Source of the DNA: Deltaproteobacteria bacterium
Lineage (GTDB): Bacteria; Desulfobacterota; UBA8473
NCBI GenBank assembly: GCA_030643245.1
Contig: DAOWME010000002.1
Location: 1 to 41,390, forward strand
DNA length: 41,390 bases
Direction: 5' to 3'
The notes beneath the pieces were generated by a model. It was given only the letters and a program-made list of their open reading frames with translations, did not search any database and was not told the origin of the DNA. A program made the translations under genes and the position numbers. Below are positions 16,421 through 27,653 of the stretch, piece after piece (the stretch's first letter is position 1; each line of letters opens with the position of its first letter).

Positions 16421-18577
16421 ATGATAAGATTGAACGATATTATAGATAAGATAAACATGTACAATCCGGACGCAGACATGGGGTTGATTCAAAAGGCATA
16501 TGTGTTTTCAGCCAAGATTCATCAAGGCCAGGTTCGTCTTTCCGGTGAACCTTATCTTGTCCATCCGTTGGAAGTGGCGGGTATCCTTGCTGATCTAAAG
16601 TTGGACGTCGGGACTATTGCCACAGGGTTGTTACATGATACTGTTGAAGATACTTATACAACCATAGAAGAAATCGATAAAGAGTTTGGTAAAGAGATCA
16701 ATTTTTTGGTTGATGGGGTTACGAAGATAAGTAAGATCAAATTCGAGTCCCGAGAGGAACAACAGGCTGAGAATTTCCGAAAGATGTTGATAGCTATGGC
16801 CAAGGACATAAGAGTAATACTTATTAAATTGGCTGATAGACTCCATAACATGAGAACGCTGGAGTATCATTCTACGAAAAGACAAAAGGAAATTGCGCAG
16901 GAAACCCTGGATATTTATGCGCCGCTGGCAAACAGGTTGGGCATAGGTTGGGTTAAGGATGAGCTTGAGGACCTTTCATTCCGGTTTCTGGATACGGAAG
17001 TATATTATGACCTGGCTAAGAAGGTAGCCAAAGAGAGGGAAGAGCGGAATGCCTATACAAATGAAGTGAAGTCGATTATTTCAAAGAAATTGGCAGAGCA
17101 CAATTTGAATGCCAGGGTGAAAGGGAGACCGAAGCACCTCTACAGCATTTACGAAAAGATGAAGAACCAGAATATAGATTTTAGTCAAGTCTATGACCTC
17201 ACTGCATTCAGGATCATCCTTGACGATGTAAGGGCGTGCTACGAAACTCTAGGTATGATCCATGCTCTGTGGACACCTGTTCCCGGTCGATTCAAGGACT
17301 ATATAGCCATGCCTAAGGCCAACATGTACCAATCTTTGCATACTATAGTTATCGGGCCTCGTGGGGAACGGGTCGAGATCCAAATACGCACGGAGGAGAT
17401 GCACCGGATTGCTGAAGAGGGGATAGCTGCCCATTGGAAGTATAAGGAAGGAAAGGATGTTGCAGAAAAGACTGACAGAGGATTTGCCTGGCTGAGACAG
17501 CTTTTGGAATGGCAACAGGATATGAAAGACCCCCGAGAGTTTTTAGATTCAGTCAGGGTCGATCTTTTTCCGGAAGAGGTATATGTGTTTACCCCGAAAG
17601 GGGAAGTAAAGGAGTTTCCTCGAGGTGCTACCCCGGTGGATTTTGCGTATGGTATCCATACCGATGTAGGGCATAAGTGTACAGGAGCCAAGGTAAACGG
17701 TAAGATGGTTCCTTTAAAATATCAATTGAGAAACGGGGATACAGTGAGGATACTGACCTCGTCCAATCAACATCCGAGTGTTGATTGGCTAAACATTGTT
17801 AAAACATCGAGGGCCAAAGCAAAGATTCGTCAGTGGGTTAAGAGTAACGAACGTCAGCGCAGCATCTTATTAGGATCAGACACATGTGAAAGGGAATTCA
17901 AGAAATACAAACTCAACTTCTCAAAACTTGCAAAGTCGGGTGAATTGAAGAAGGTGGCAGGGGAATTTAGCCTGGTTGATGTAGACGATTTGCTTGCAGG
18001 GGTTGGGTATGGAAAGGTCTCTGTTAACCAGATCATAAATAAACTGGTACCTCAAGAGAACGTGGCCAGGGGTTCTACAGCGAAGTCAATACAGGAAAAG
18101 GTTACTAAGAAGACAGAACATAAGGAGAGAAGTGGTGTTAAGGTGCGAGGTATTGATAATATAATGGTCCGCTATGGGAAATGTTGCAACCCGTTGCCCG
18201 GTGATCATATAGTTGGATATATTACGCGAGGCAGGGGGGTTACTGTCCATGCTTCTGACTGTCACTCTATCCTTCAAGATACATCTGAAAGGATGATAGA
18301 TGTAGAGTGGGATTTAGACGATATATCAACGCATCTCGTAACAATTAAGGTTGTCTGTGACAATAAGAAGGGACTGCTTGCTGCCATGAGTTCATCTATC
18401 GCATCATCGGAGGCAAATATCACAAACGCTCATGTGAAAACTGCCCAAGACGGAACAGCAGTTAATATCTTTGAGATCGAGGTAAGTGATCTGAAACACC
18501 TTCAAAACATAATGGATTCCCTGAAAACTATTAAAGGAGTCATCAAGGTGGAAAGACTGAAGCAAAGCAGCACCTAG
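16421..18577 (+). CDS. relA: Bifunctional (p)ppGpp synthetase/hydrolase (RelA/SpoT homologue, Rel)
   Basis: HD hydrolase domain (HPLEVA...LLHDTVEDT), synthetase domain (YRSLH-like QSLHTIV), and TGS plus C-terminal ACT region. 718 aa. Confidence 0.93.
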   Translation: MIRLNDIIDKINMYNPDADMGLIQKAYVFSAKIHQGQVRLSGEPYLVHPLEVAGILADLKLDVGTIATGLLHDTVEDTYTTIEEIDKEFGKEINFLVDGVTKISKIKFESREEQQAENFRKMLIAMAKDIRVILIKLADRLHNMRTLEYHSTKRQKEIAQETLDIYAPLANRLGIGWVKDELEDLSFRFLDTEVYYDLAKKVAKEREERNAYTNEVKSIISKKLAEHNLNARVKGRPKHLYSIYEKMKNQNIDFSQVYDLTAFRIILDDVRACYETLGMIHALWTPVPGRFKDYIAMPKANMYQSLHTIVIGPRGERVEIQIRTEEMHRIAEEGIAAHWKYKEGKDVAEKTDRGFAWLRQLLEWQQDMKDPREFLDSVRVDLFPEEVYVFTPKGEVKEFPRGATPVDFAYGIHTDVGHKCTGAKVNGKMVPLKYQLRNGDTVRILTSSNQHPSVDWLNIVKTSRAKAKIRQWVKSNERQRSILLGSDTCEREFKKYKLNFSKLAKSGELKKVAGEFSLVDVDDLLAGVGYGKVSVNQIINKLVPQENVARGSTAKSIQEKVTKKTEHKERSGVKVRGIDNIMVRYGKCCNPLPGDHIVGYITRGRGVTVHASDCHSILQDTSERMIDVEWDLDDISTHLVTIKVVCDNKKGLLAAMSSSIASSEANITNAHVKTAQDGTAVNIFEIEVSDLKHLQNIMDSLKTIKGVIKVERLKQSST

Positions 18578-18762
18578 ATTTTATTGACGACTCCGGATCT
18601 TATGCAACGGGTGCATACATTAATCCTCTTAACTGATCCGTTCTTTATTGTCCTGACCTTTTGAATATTCGGATACCATCTTCTTTTTGTCTTATTATTT
18701 GCATGACTTACATTATTGCCAAACAACGGACCTTTCCCGCATATTTCACAAACTCTCGCCAT
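18574..18762 (-). CDS. rpmB: 50S ribosomal protein L28
   Basis: [29 protein letters not shown] is the classic L28 N-terminus. Confidence 0.93.
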   Translation of the reverse strand: MARVCEICGKGPLFGNNVSHANNKTKRRWYPNIQKVRTIKNGSVKRINVCTRCIRSGVVNKI

Positions 18763-18773
18763 TCCGGACCTCG

Positions 18774-19244
18774 CTAGTCAATAAAAATATTGTACTCTGA
18801 ATTTACCCTGATCCCGTTACGGATCAGGAGTGCCGTCAGGACTCCTACCCCTTCCCTCAGGCCCAGGCCACAATCTTCGTATATATAATTAACACCACAC
18901 GAGGGGCTCTTATCTTTTAGGATTGCAGCTTCAGCCCCCACCAGCCTCACAATACGCAATACTTCTCCGGCACCTCTTGTGAACTGTGTGGTTACGTCAT
19001 TACCCCCCGTGTCAACAACCCTTGCTTGAGAGTTGAACACGTCAAAACCATCTCCCCCCTCAATTATAGCACCTTTTCTAGGTGTGGGAAGCCCTCCCAG
19101 CTGCTCAGGGCATAGTGGTATAATCGTATACTTACGCACTAGATCGAGAAGCCTGGGGCTACTCTTGTTCGACCCATCGTACCGACAGTTAACCCCCAGC
19201 AAACAAGCGCTGGCAATAATCATCCCTCCACCATAGGCCTTCAA
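18774..19244 (-). CDS. DUF523-family protein (TudS/2-thiouracil desulfurase-like)
   Basis: [13 protein letters not shown] plus downstream Cys ([15 protein letters not shown]), typical of DUF523. The start is uncertain (TTG at 19244 or ATG at 19223). Confidence 0.7.
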   Translation of the reverse strand: MKAYGGGMIIASACLLGVNCRYDGSNKSSPRLLDLVRKYTIIPLCPEQLGGLPTPRKGAIIEGGDGFDVFNSQARVVDTGGNDVTTQFTRGAGEVLRIVRLVGAEAAILKDKSPSCGVNYIYEDCGLGLREGVGVLTALLIRNGIRVNSEYNIFID

Positions 19245-19246
19245 TG

Positions 19247-20290
19247 TCAGAGGATTTTGATGGATTTCTGCCCTTTCTTTCTTTGAGTTATCTCTCCGAT
19301 AATGCAGGCTTTCTGTTCCAACCCTCTCAGTCTTATAAGCACGTCCTCAACCTCAGGAGGGGACACCACCACCACCATCCCTATGCCGTTATTAAAGGTT
19401 TTAAACATTTCGTATTCTTCAACATTCCCCTTTTCCTTGATAAACCTGAAAATAGGAGGAACATCCCATGAATCTTTGTAAACCATCGCTTGACAGCCTT
19501 TTGGCAATATGCGTGGTATGTTTTCCATCAGCCCTCCCCCCGTAATGTGGGATATCCCATGGATCTTAAAATCCCTTATTAAGGTAAGGATAGCCTTTGC
19601 ATATATCTTGGTGGGTTTAAGTAATTCCTCCCCAATCGGTTTTTCAAACTCTTCCACTCGGGCGGTAACGTCCAGGTCAAGGTTATCAAACAGGACCTTT
19701 CTAACCAGAGAGTATCCGTTACTGTGTAAGCCACTGGAAGTGATACCGATGAGTTTGTCTCCCTTTGTTATGGTGGAACCGTCGATAATGTTATCATTGT
19801 CCACCACGCCTACCGCAAAACCGACCAAATCATATTCATCATCACTGTAGAAAGATGGCATTTCAGCAGTTTCTCCTCCGATCAAGGAACAACTAGCCTC
19901 CTTACATCCATCTACAATCCCCTGGATGATTTGCTCTGCCTTGTCGAGCACCAATTTGCTTGTAGATATGTAATCAAGGAAAAAAAGTGGTTCAGCGCCA
20001 AGGGTCACAACATCATTTACACACATGGCCACCAAATCAATCCCAACAGTATCATGTTTATCCATCATGAACGCGATCTTCAGTTTTGTCCCCACTCCAT
20101 CGGTGGTAGATACGAGGACCGGTCTCTTGTATTTGGCCATATTTAAGGAAAAGAGACCACCAAAGCCCCCAATATCTGTTATAACTTCAGGTCTAAATGA
20201 GGTTTTGACTAAAGGTCTTATTCTTTTTACTAACTTGTTGCCGATGTCCACATCTACACCGGCGCTCTTGTAGGTTATTTTTTCAGCCAA
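19247..20290 (-). CDS. purM: Phosphoribosylformylglycinamidine cyclo-ligase (AIR synthetase) PurM
   Basis: YKSAGVDVD, GGFGGLF and DGVGTKL motifs. TTG start preceded by GGAGTGGAG. Confidence 0.93.
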   Translation of the reverse strand: MAEKITYKSAGVDVDIGNKLVKRIRPLVKTSFRPEVITDIGGFGGLFSLNMAKYKRPVLVSTTDGVGTKLKIAFMMDKHDTVGIDLVAMCVNDVVTLGAEPLFFLDYISTSKLVLDKAEQIIQGIVDGCKEASCSLIGGETAEMPSFYSDDEYDLVGFAVGVVDNDNIIDGSTITKGDKLIGITSSGLHSNGYSLVRKVLFDNLDLDVTARVEEFEKPIGEELLKPTKIYAKAILTLIRDFKIHGISHITGGGLMENIPRILPKGCQAMVYKDSWDVPPIFRFIKEKGNVEEYEMFKTFNNGIGMVVVVSPPEVEDVLIRLRGLEQKACIIGEITQRKKGQKSIKIL

Positions 20291-20529
20291 TCTCCACTCC
20301 TTGCCGGATTTCCAGGAAATTTTCTACGGGGTGTTTGAGAAAAGTAATAGACACCTGTGAGTGCGAAAATAAAACAAGCCCGAACCGGGCTTTTGACTTG
20401 TTACTTCGACCGAATTTTAGCCTGTAGCCATTGAGATGTCAAACCTTTTTTCTTGTCAACCTAAAAATATTCTGGTAACAATAGTTGATATTTGTGTGTC
20501 CAAGAAGTCGAAACGATCAGGAGTTTCTT

Positions 20530-22959
20530 GTGAGAGGACTGGGAGATATCATCGCGGCATTGTATAAGCCTATGAATTATGTTTCCAGGGACTCTTTTGC
20601 CAACCTTGGTGTGGTTAAGGGTTTGGAGGCCAATGTTGCGAGTTTGACCAAAGAGGCCCTCTTGCTGCTCCTGGGTCCTGACAAGTCACGCCTGATCCGG
20701 GAATTGGCAAGATACTTTTTGGATTTTGACTCTCTGGATCTCGTTTCAAAAAAGGTCAGGGTCCTAGACTCGTTGAGAGTGCTTGAACAAATAGAGGACC
20801 ATAGCTTTTCCCCTGGACCTCCGGAAAGAGAAGTCTCAGCGCTTGAATTCTCGGAGAAGGCAAAAGAGCTCTCCAGACCGATCCAATCTGTGAAGGGTGT
20901 TGGCCCCAAATTGGCAAGCCTCTTAAAGAAAAAGGGGATTGAGACTATTGAAGACGCCCTATACTTTGTGCCGAGAAAGTACGAAGACAGGAGGAATATA
21001 AGACCCATATCTAAGCTGGAGGTGGAAAAGACCGAGACAATCCTTGGGGAGATAGCATCCCTGGGGGTCTTCCCCTACAAAAAGAACCGGAAGGGCATCT
21101 TTGAGATGGTTGTGGGAGATGGAAGCGGCGCTATCACCGCCAAGTGGTTCGTCTACGATTATCGTTACATGAGGGGAAGGTTTAAGAAAGGTCAGCGGGT
21201 TATCTTGTCCGGGGAAATTAAGTCCTATCGTTTCCAAAAAGAGGTCCACCATCCTGACATTGAGATTGTCAAGGATGTGGATGACTCCCGCAATTTCAGT
21301 CGAATAGTCCCCGTCTACTCTGAAACTGAAGGGTTATATCAAAAGACGATGAGAAGGATAATGAAGGAGACTGTTGATGGTTATTCGGATCTCCTAATGA
21401 ACGCTATCCCGGCTTACACACGCAACAAACGGAACCTGATGGGGCTTGCTGATGCCGCAAAGAGGGTGCATCTCCCGGAACCCGAGGATGACTTCTCAGC
21501 CCTTCTGTCCGGTAGATCCCCAGCTCACAGAACTCTCATCTTCGATGAGTTCTTCTTCCTACAGTTGGGGTTGGCCCTGAAAAAGAGGGGGATTACAATG
21601 GAGGAGGGGATCGCTTTTAAGATCACCGGGGAGCGGAAAGATCAACTGATAAGCTACCTGCCGTTCACCCTGACTGGGGCTCAACGAAGGGTGATAACAG
21701 AGATTGAAGCGGACATGAGATCTCCCTATCCTATGAACAGGCTTATTCAGGGAGATGTTGGGAGCGGAAAGACCATTGTGGCATTGATTTCAGCCTTAAC
21801 AGCGGTGGAGAATGGTTACCAGGTCAGCATCATGGCCCCCACCGAGATTTTGGCTGAACAACATTTCTCGAGTATTCGCCATCTCACGAACAGACTTGGT
21901 GGGGAAACAGCCCTCATTACCAGCAGCATTAAGGGGGCGAAGAGGAAAGAGGTACTTACTGCCATTGAAGAAGGCGACACGGATATCGTTGTCGGTACTC
22001 ATGCTATTATCGAGGAATCTGTTGCGTTTCGTAAGTTGGGTCTTGGAATTATTGATGAGCAGCACAGATTTGGCGTGATACAAAGGGCTGCACTTAGACG
22101 AAAGGGCTACAATCCGGACATTCTAGTTATGACTGCGACGCCAATCCCCAGAACCTTGGCCATGACTGTGTATGGAGACCTTGATGTCTCGGTGCTCGAT
22201 GAACTACCTCCACTGAGAAGACCGGTGGCTACAAAGCTGTACCATGAGAGCGATAGAAAGAGGGTTTACGATATCGTTCGGAGCGAGATTAGAAAAGGCA
22301 GACAGGTATATATGGTTTATCCTCTGGTAGAGGAGTCCGAAAAACTGGATCTGAAAGACGCGACGCAGATGGCAGAGCACATGCAGAAAGAGGTCTTCCC
22401 CAAGTTTGTGGTTGGCTTGATTCACGGGAGGATGAACCATGAAGAGAAAGAGGATATTATGGCGGCCTTCAGGGACCGGAGGATAGATATACTGGTTTGC
22501 ACGACCGTTATTGAGGTGGGGATAGATATACCGAACGCATCGGTTATGGTTATAGAACATGCCGAAAGGTTTGGGCTATCTCAACTACACCAGTTGAGGG
22601 GAAGAGTCGGTAGGGGGGAAGACGAATCGAGGTGTTTTCTTATCGCTCAATACAGTAAGTCCGACGATGCCAGGCGGCGGCTCAAGATAATGGAGAATAC
22701 CACAGATGGGTTCAGGATATCAGAAGAAGACCTGGCCATCAGGGGCCCAGGTGATTTCCTCGGCACACGCCAATCCGGACTGCCGGAGTTCAGGGTGGCA
22801 AATATCGCCAGAGATATGAAGATACTCCAGGAGGCAAGGGAAGAGGCCTTTGACCTGGTAAAAAGGGATCCGGACCTGACCGATCCATCCCACAGATACC
22901 TGAAAGATGTCCTGAGAGAGAGATGGAAGGGAAGGCTTGAGCTGGCAACTGTGGGATAA
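20530..22959 (+). CDS. recG: ATP-dependent DNA helicase RecG
   Basis: Wedge/OB region, then helicase motifs (GDVGSGKT, DEQHRFGV, TATPIPRT, QLHQLRGRVGRG). GTG at 20530 has AGGAG 6 nt upstream; the ORF opens at 20485. Confidence 0.9.
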   Translation: MRGLGDIIAALYKPMNYVSRDSFANLGVVKGLEANVASLTKEALLLLLGPDKSRLIRELARYFLDFDSLDLVSKKVRVLDSLRVLEQIEDHSFSPGPPEREVSALEFSEKAKELSRPIQSVKGVGPKLASLLKKKGIETIEDALYFVPRKYEDRRNIRPISKLEVEKTETILGEIASLGVFPYKKNRKGIFEMVVGDGSGAITAKWFVYDYRYMRGRFKKGQRVILSGEIKSYRFQKEVHHPDIEIVKDVDDSRNFSRIVPVYSETEGLYQKTMRRIMKETVDGYSDLLMNAIPAYTRNKRNLMGLADAAKRVHLPEPEDDFSALLSGRSPAHRTLIFDEFFFLQLGLALKKRGITMEEGIAFKITGERKDQLISYLPFTLTGAQRRVITEIEADMRSPYPMNRLIQGDVGSGKTIVALISALTAVENGYQVSIMAPTEILAEQHFSSIRHLTNRLGGETALITSSIKGAKRKEVLTAIEEGDTDIVVGTHAIIEESVAFRKLGLGIIDEQHRFGVIQRAALRRKGYNPDILVMTATPIPRTLAMTVYGDLDVSVLDELPPLRRPVATKLYHESDRKRVYDIVRSEIRKGRQVYMVYPLVEESEKLDLKDATQMAEHMQKEVFPKFVVGLIHGRMNHEEKEDIMAAFRDRRIDILVCTTVIEVGIDIPNASVMVIEHAERFGLSQLHQLRGRVGRGEDESRCFLIAQYSKSDDARRRLKIMENTTDGFRISEEDLAIRGPGDFLGTRQSGLPEFRVANIARDMKILQEAREEAFDLVKRDPDLTDPSHRYLKDVLRERWKGRLELATVG

Positions 22960-23005
22960 AACATAAGAATTGCTGATATTTGGTTACCTTAGGAGGTAAT
23001 GGTAC

Positions 23006-25285
23006 ATGAGTGAGAAAAATATAGAGAGGATTGCCGGGGAACTCGGCCTTTTGCCACGTCAGGTTGAGGCTACAGCATCTTTATTGAAAGACGGCGCTAC
23101 CGTTCCGTTCATTGCCCGTTACAGAAAAGAGGTGACCGGGTCCCTGGATGAGGTGATCATTACCGGTATTCGCGACAGGCTGAGGCAGTTGGCGGACTTG
23201 GACACACGCAGGGAATCCATCCTCAAGTCCCTGGATGAGAGTAACAACCTTACAGATGAACTGGAAAAAAAGATTGAGGCTGCGGCGACCATGGCGATCC
23301 TTGAGGACCTTTACCTCCCCTTCAAACCAAAACGGCGCACCAGGGCGATTGTTGCCAGGGAAAAAGGGTTGGAACCCTTGGCAAAGATGCTCTTTGAACA
23401 AGGCCATATGGATACCCATTTAGAGGCGGCGGCTTTTGTAGATCACGAAAAGGGAGTGGAGACACAGGAAGATGCTCTGGCCGGCACCAGGGATATCATC
23501 GCTGAATGGGTTAACGAGGATCATGAGGCTCGCATGAGAATGAGGGCGCTCTTTGCAAAAAAAGGCGTTTTCCGGTCAAAGGTCATCCCGGGTATGGAAA
23601 AAGAGGGAAATAAGTACAGGGATTATTTTGACTGGGAGGAACCCGTTGCCTCGGCGCCCTCCCACAGAACCCTGGCTATGCGTCGAGGTGAAAAAGAGGG
23701 GGTCCTGACCCTGAACGTGTTGCCTCCCGAAGGAGAGGCCCTATCTTTGTTAGAGTCATTATTTGTAAACGGCGAATCCGAGGCCTCGTCAGAGGTGAAA
23801 GAGGCCGTACAAGACAGCTACAAGAGATTGCTTTCCCATGCCATGGAAACGGAGATAAGAGCGGAGACAAAGAAACGGGCCGACAACGAAGCCATAAGGA
23901 TCTTTGCGGACAACATCAGGGAACTCTTGCTCGCCGCTCCCCTGGGTCAGAAGAACGTCTTGGCCATAGATCCCGGTTTCAGGACGGGCTGTAAAGTCGT
24001 ATGCCTTGACCGGCAGGGCAAACTGCTTGACACGGATACCGTATATCCCCTGACATCTGATAAACGTAGATCCGAAGCTGCTGAAAAGATCGAGGCCTTG
24101 TGCAAACGTTACCACGTGGAGGCCATTGCTATAGGAAACGGCACAGGTGGAAGGGAAACAGAGAGATTCACAAGGGACCTTTACCTTGGGCAGGATATCG
24201 AGATCGTGGTGGTCAATGAGAGCGGCGCTTCTATTTACTCAGCATCTGAAGCAGCACGGGAAGAGTTTCCGGATCAGGATGTGACTGTCAGAGGTTCAGT
24301 ATCCATTGGAAGACGTCTCATGGACCCGCTGGCGGAGTTGGTAAAGATAGAACCCAAATCCATCGGTGTGGGCCAATATCAGCACGATGTGGACCAGGGG
24401 GCCTTGAAGGGCAGACTCGACGAGGTGGTTACCAGTTGCGTCAATGCAGTGGGCGTGGAAGTAAATACGGCCAGCAAGGAATTGCTCACCTATGTTTCGG
24501 GTTTGGGACCCCAACTTGCGAGAAATATTGTGGTTTACAGGGATGAACACGGCCCCTTTCTCTCCAGAGAATCACTCAAGAATGTGTCACGCCTGGGCAA
24601 GAAGGCGTTTGAACAGGCGGCAGGGTTTTTGCGCATCCTCGATAGAGAAAACCCTCTAGACGCAAGCGCGGTACATCCTGAGAGCTACCCGGTTGTGGAT
24701 GCCATGGTCCGGGATCTAGGGTGTAAAGTTAGTGACCTTATGGAGGACGAGAAACTTCGGAAAGGGATTGATATAGAGAGGTACATTACGGACAGAGTTG
24801 GACTTCCTACATTGAAGGATATACTCGATGAATTGGCCAGGCCGGGCCGGGATCCTCGTAAAGAGTTTGAGGCCTATGCTTTTGCCGAGGATGTGGAGAA
24901 GATGGAGGACCTCGAACCGGGGATGAGGCTTCCGGGCGTGGTTACCAATGTTACTGCCTTTGGGGCGTTTGTGGATATAGGCGTTCATCAGGATGGTCTT
25001 GTCCATGTAAGCCAACTGAGCGATCATTTTGTGAAAGACCCCGGCCAAGTGGTCAAGGTCCATGACAGAATAAGAGTGACTGTCTTGGATGTGGATCTTG
25101 AAAGAAAGAGGATTTCCCTGTCAATGAAGAGCAATCCGGACATGACCGGTTCCCGTTCAGTACAGGAAACAAAGAACTCCCCGACCAAGAAAACCAGAGG
25201 GAATAGCAAGAAGAAGGACACCGGGAAGAAAAGGGATACGGAATTTTTCAACAATCCGTTTGCAGACGCGTTTAAGCGCTCTTAG
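23006..25285 (+). CDS. tex: Tex-family RNA-binding transcription accessory protein
   Basis: N-terminal Tex domain (TVPFIARYRKEVTG), YqgF-like region (AIDPGFRTGCK), HhH region, and C-terminal S1 domain (GVVTNVTAFGAFVDIGVHQDGLVH). Confidence 0.9.
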   Translation: MSEKNIERIAGELGLLPRQVEATASLLKDGATVPFIARYRKEVTGSLDEVIITGIRDRLRQLADLDTRRESILKSLDESNNLTDELEKKIEAAATMAILEDLYLPFKPKRRTRAIVAREKGLEPLAKMLFEQGHMDTHLEAAAFVDHEKGVETQEDALAGTRDIIAEWVNEDHEARMRMRALFAKKGVFRSKVIPGMEKEGNKYRDYFDWEEPVASAPSHRTLAMRRGEKEGVLTLNVLPPEGEALSLLESLFVNGESEASSEVKEAVQDSYKRLLSHAMETEIRAETKKRADNEAIRIFADNIRELLLAAPLGQKNVLAIDPGFRTGCKVVCLDRQGKLLDTDTVYPLTSDKRRSEAAEKIEALCKRYHVEAIAIGNGTGGRETERFTRDLYLGQDIEIVVVNESGASIYSASEAAREEFPDQDVTVRGSVSIGRRLMDPLAELVKIEPKSIGVGQYQHDVDQGALKGRLDEVVTSCVNAVGVEVNTASKELLTYVSGLGPQLARNIVVYRDEHGPFLSRESLKNVSRLGKKAFEQAAGFLRILDRENPLDASAVHPESYPVVDAMVRDLGCKVSDLMEDEKLRKGIDIERYITDRVGLPTLKDILDELARPGRDPRKEFEAYAFAEDVEKMEDLEPGMRLPGVVTNVTAFGAFVDIGVHQDGLVHVSQLSDHFVKDPGQVVKVHDRIRVTVLDVDLERKRISLSMKSNPDMTGSRSVQETKNSPTKKTRGNSKKKDTGKKRDTEFFNNPFADAFKRS

Positions 25286-25298
25286 GGCAGAAGTTCGG

Positions 25299-27653
25299 AT
25301 GGACATTCACTTGGACAAGTACGAGGTATTAAAGGATAGGTTTGGTTTTTCCCACTTTCGTCCCCTCCAGGCGGAGGTAATCGATGCGGTGCTTAAGGGA
25401 GAAGACTGTGTGGTGGTGATGCCCACAGGGATGGGCAAATCCCTCTGCTATCAGCTCCCTTCCCTGATCCTGGACGGAATCGTCCTCGTGGTATCTCCCT
25501 TGATTGCGTTGATGAAGGACCAGGTAGACAGTTTGACGGGAAAAGGGATACCTTCCACCTTTATCAACAGCTCCATCGATAGTCTGGAGCAGAGAAAGAG
25601 ACTGGAGCAGTTGAGCAGGAAGGAGTATCACCTGATCTACGTGGCCCCGGAGAGGTTCAGAAGTTCCGTCTTCTTACGGTATCTGGAAAGGGTGGGGGTC
25701 TCACTCCTGGCCGTGGATGAAGCCCACTGCATCTCCCAGTGGGGACATGACTTCAGACCTGATTATATGCGACTCTCCTGGGTCAGGAAGGTTCTCAATA
25801 ATCCGCCGACCATTGCCCTGACCGCCACCGCTACTGAAGAAGTAAGGGATGACATTAAAGAGCAACTGGACCTTTTAAACCCCCGATCCTTTACGGGAGG
25901 CTTTGACAGGGGAAACCTCTTCTATTCTGTTCTCAATACCCCCACGGATACAGACAAGTACAAGGCCATTATCAAACTCATTACTAAGGACAATCTTCCG
26001 GCAATAATCTACTGCGGCACGAGAAATCAGACCGATGAGACAGCACAATTCATGAGAGAAAGTCTTCATATCAGAGCGGCAAGTTACCATGCTGGTCTCG
26101 ATGATACAGTGAGAAAAGAAATCCAGGACAGGTTTATGGAGGGGTCCATCAATGTGATAACCGCCACCAATGCCTTCGGAATGGGAGTTGATAAAGAAGA
26201 CATCAGGACGATTATCCACTATAACATCACAAGGACTATGGAGGCATACTATCAAGAGGTGGGAAGGGCCGGCAGGGATGGTTTGCCCTCTCAATGTGTC
26301 CTGCTGTTCACTCCTGCAGACCGATATCTCCAGGAATACTTCATCAGGGGGGATAACCCGGACCCTGAAGTTATTGAAGAGGTTTATCGATTGCTCAGGG
26401 CGAAAGACGGAGACATAAGATATCTTTCGTACCATGAAGTCAGCAGTTCCGCATCCATGAAGATAAGCCAAATGGCCTACTATTCGTCCCTCAAGATATT
26501 GGAGCGGTTTGGCTGCATCGAGAGACGCTCTCCTTCGGAAAATATCTCCACCATCGTTCTGAGGATGAAACCCAAAGAGGCCTTGAACAGGATAACCGAA
26601 AAGGCTGAGAAGAGGAGGAGAATATTGGAGATCCTCCTTGGGGATTACGGGGTAAAAGTCCTTGATAAGTCTGAGATAAGCCTGGAGGGACTCTGTTTTC
26701 GTTCCCAACTGGAGATGGAACAGGTGAAGCGGGCACTTAATGGCCTCAAAGGATCGCAAGTCCTTGATTTCATTCCGCCATCTCGTGGAAGGGGGGTCCG
26801 GATCCTGGACATGGGGAGAAAAGATACCGGGGTTGATTACGCTACGCTTTTGAGAAAGAAGAGACGCGAGGAAAAAAAACTAGACAAGATGATGGCATAT
26901 GCCATCGGCAGATCCTGCCGACGCAAGTTTATTCTGGCCTATTTTGGAGATGCTTACCCTAAAAAAAATTGCCAAGCATGCGATTGTTGTGTTGGAGGGG
27001 GCATAAAACCTGCAAAGAGGGCCCTTACAGACCATGAGTTTATCGTTATCCAAAAAATTCTTAGCTGCCTCGCCCGGATGAAAGAGGGGTATAGCATGGA
27101 AATGGTCTTAAAGGTCTTGCGGGGTTCCCGGTCCCTGCAGGTCAAGTCGTTTGGTTTTGACCGCTTGAGCACCTACGGTATCCTGAAGGGATTCAACAAG
27201 GCGATGCTCAGAAAGATTATTGAGGAGCTTGTAGCAGAAGGGTGCATCGAAAATAAAGAGACAAACAGAGTTATCAAGGGATACCCAAGAAGGTTCCAGG
27301 TTTTCAACATTACTGAATTTGGATGGGAGATCATGCAGGAAAAAGTGAGGGATATCAGGATCGATTTCCCCGAAGACATCACCGGCGCTGGAGAAAAAAA
27401 GGAAGCAGACCTATATGATGAGGATCTCTTCGAGGTCCTTAGATCCCTGAGGAATGGGATCGCGGAAGATAAAGGGGTGGCTCCCTTTATGATCCTTTCC
27501 AACAGAGTATTGAAAAGGATGGCCTCAGCCTGTCCTTCCGACAAAGGTGAATTCCTGGCTATCAGGGGATTGGGAGAAAAAACCTATGAGGCGTATGGGT
27601 TGCCTTTTGTCGAGCGCATAAGGGATTACCTGGACAAGCATGAGTTTCGGTAG
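25299..27653 (+). CDS. recQ: ATP-dependent DNA helicase RecQ (with RQC and HRDC-like C-terminus)
   Basis: FRPLQAEVI, MPTGMGKSLCYQLP, DEAHCISQWGHDFRPDY, ATNAFGMGVDK and Zn-binding Cys cluster CRRK...CQACDCC. The ATG at 25299 follows the tex stop. Confidence 0.92.
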   Translation: MDIHLDKYEVLKDRFGFSHFRPLQAEVIDAVLKGEDCVVVMPTGMGKSLCYQLPSLILDGIVLVVSPLIALMKDQVDSLTGKGIPSTFINSSIDSLEQRKRLEQLSRKEYHLIYVAPERFRSSVFLRYLERVGVSLLAVDEAHCISQWGHDFRPDYMRLSWVRKVLNNPPTIALTATATEEVRDDIKEQLDLLNPRSFTGGFDRGNLFYSVLNTPTDTDKYKAIIKLITKDNLPAIIYCGTRNQTDETAQFMRESLHIRAASYHAGLDDTVRKEIQDRFMEGSINVITATNAFGMGVDKEDIRTIIHYNITRTMEAYYQEVGRAGRDGLPSQCVLLFTPADRYLQEYFIRGDNPDPEVIEEVYRLLRAKDGDIRYLSYHEVSSSASMKISQMAYYSSLKILERFGCIERRSPSENISTIVLRMKPKEALNRITEKAEKRRRILEILLGDYGVKVLDKSEISLEGLCFRSQLEMEQVKRALNGLKGSQVLDFIPPSRGRGVRILDMGRKDTGVDYATLLRKKRREEKKLDKMMAYAIGRSCRRKFILAYFGDAYPKKNCQACDCCVGGGIKPAKRALTDHEFIVIQKILSCLARMKEGYSMEMVLKVLRGSRSLQVKSFGFDRLSTYGILKGFNKAMLRKIIEELVAEGCIENKETNRVIKGYPRRFQVFNITEFGWEIMQEKVRDIRIDFPEDITGAGEKKEADLYDEDLFEVLRSLRNGIAEDKGVAPFMILSNRVLKRMASACPSDKGEFLAIRGLGEKTYEAYGLPFVERIRDYLDKHEFR

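Noticed and set aside
25875-26759. A 294-aa minus-strand ORF inside recQ, and similar ORFs such as 29452-30222 (+) inside trmFO and 15171-15719 (+) inside lon.
   Set aside because: They are antisense to confidently identified housekeeping genes with strong motifs, which is typical shadow-ORF behaviour.
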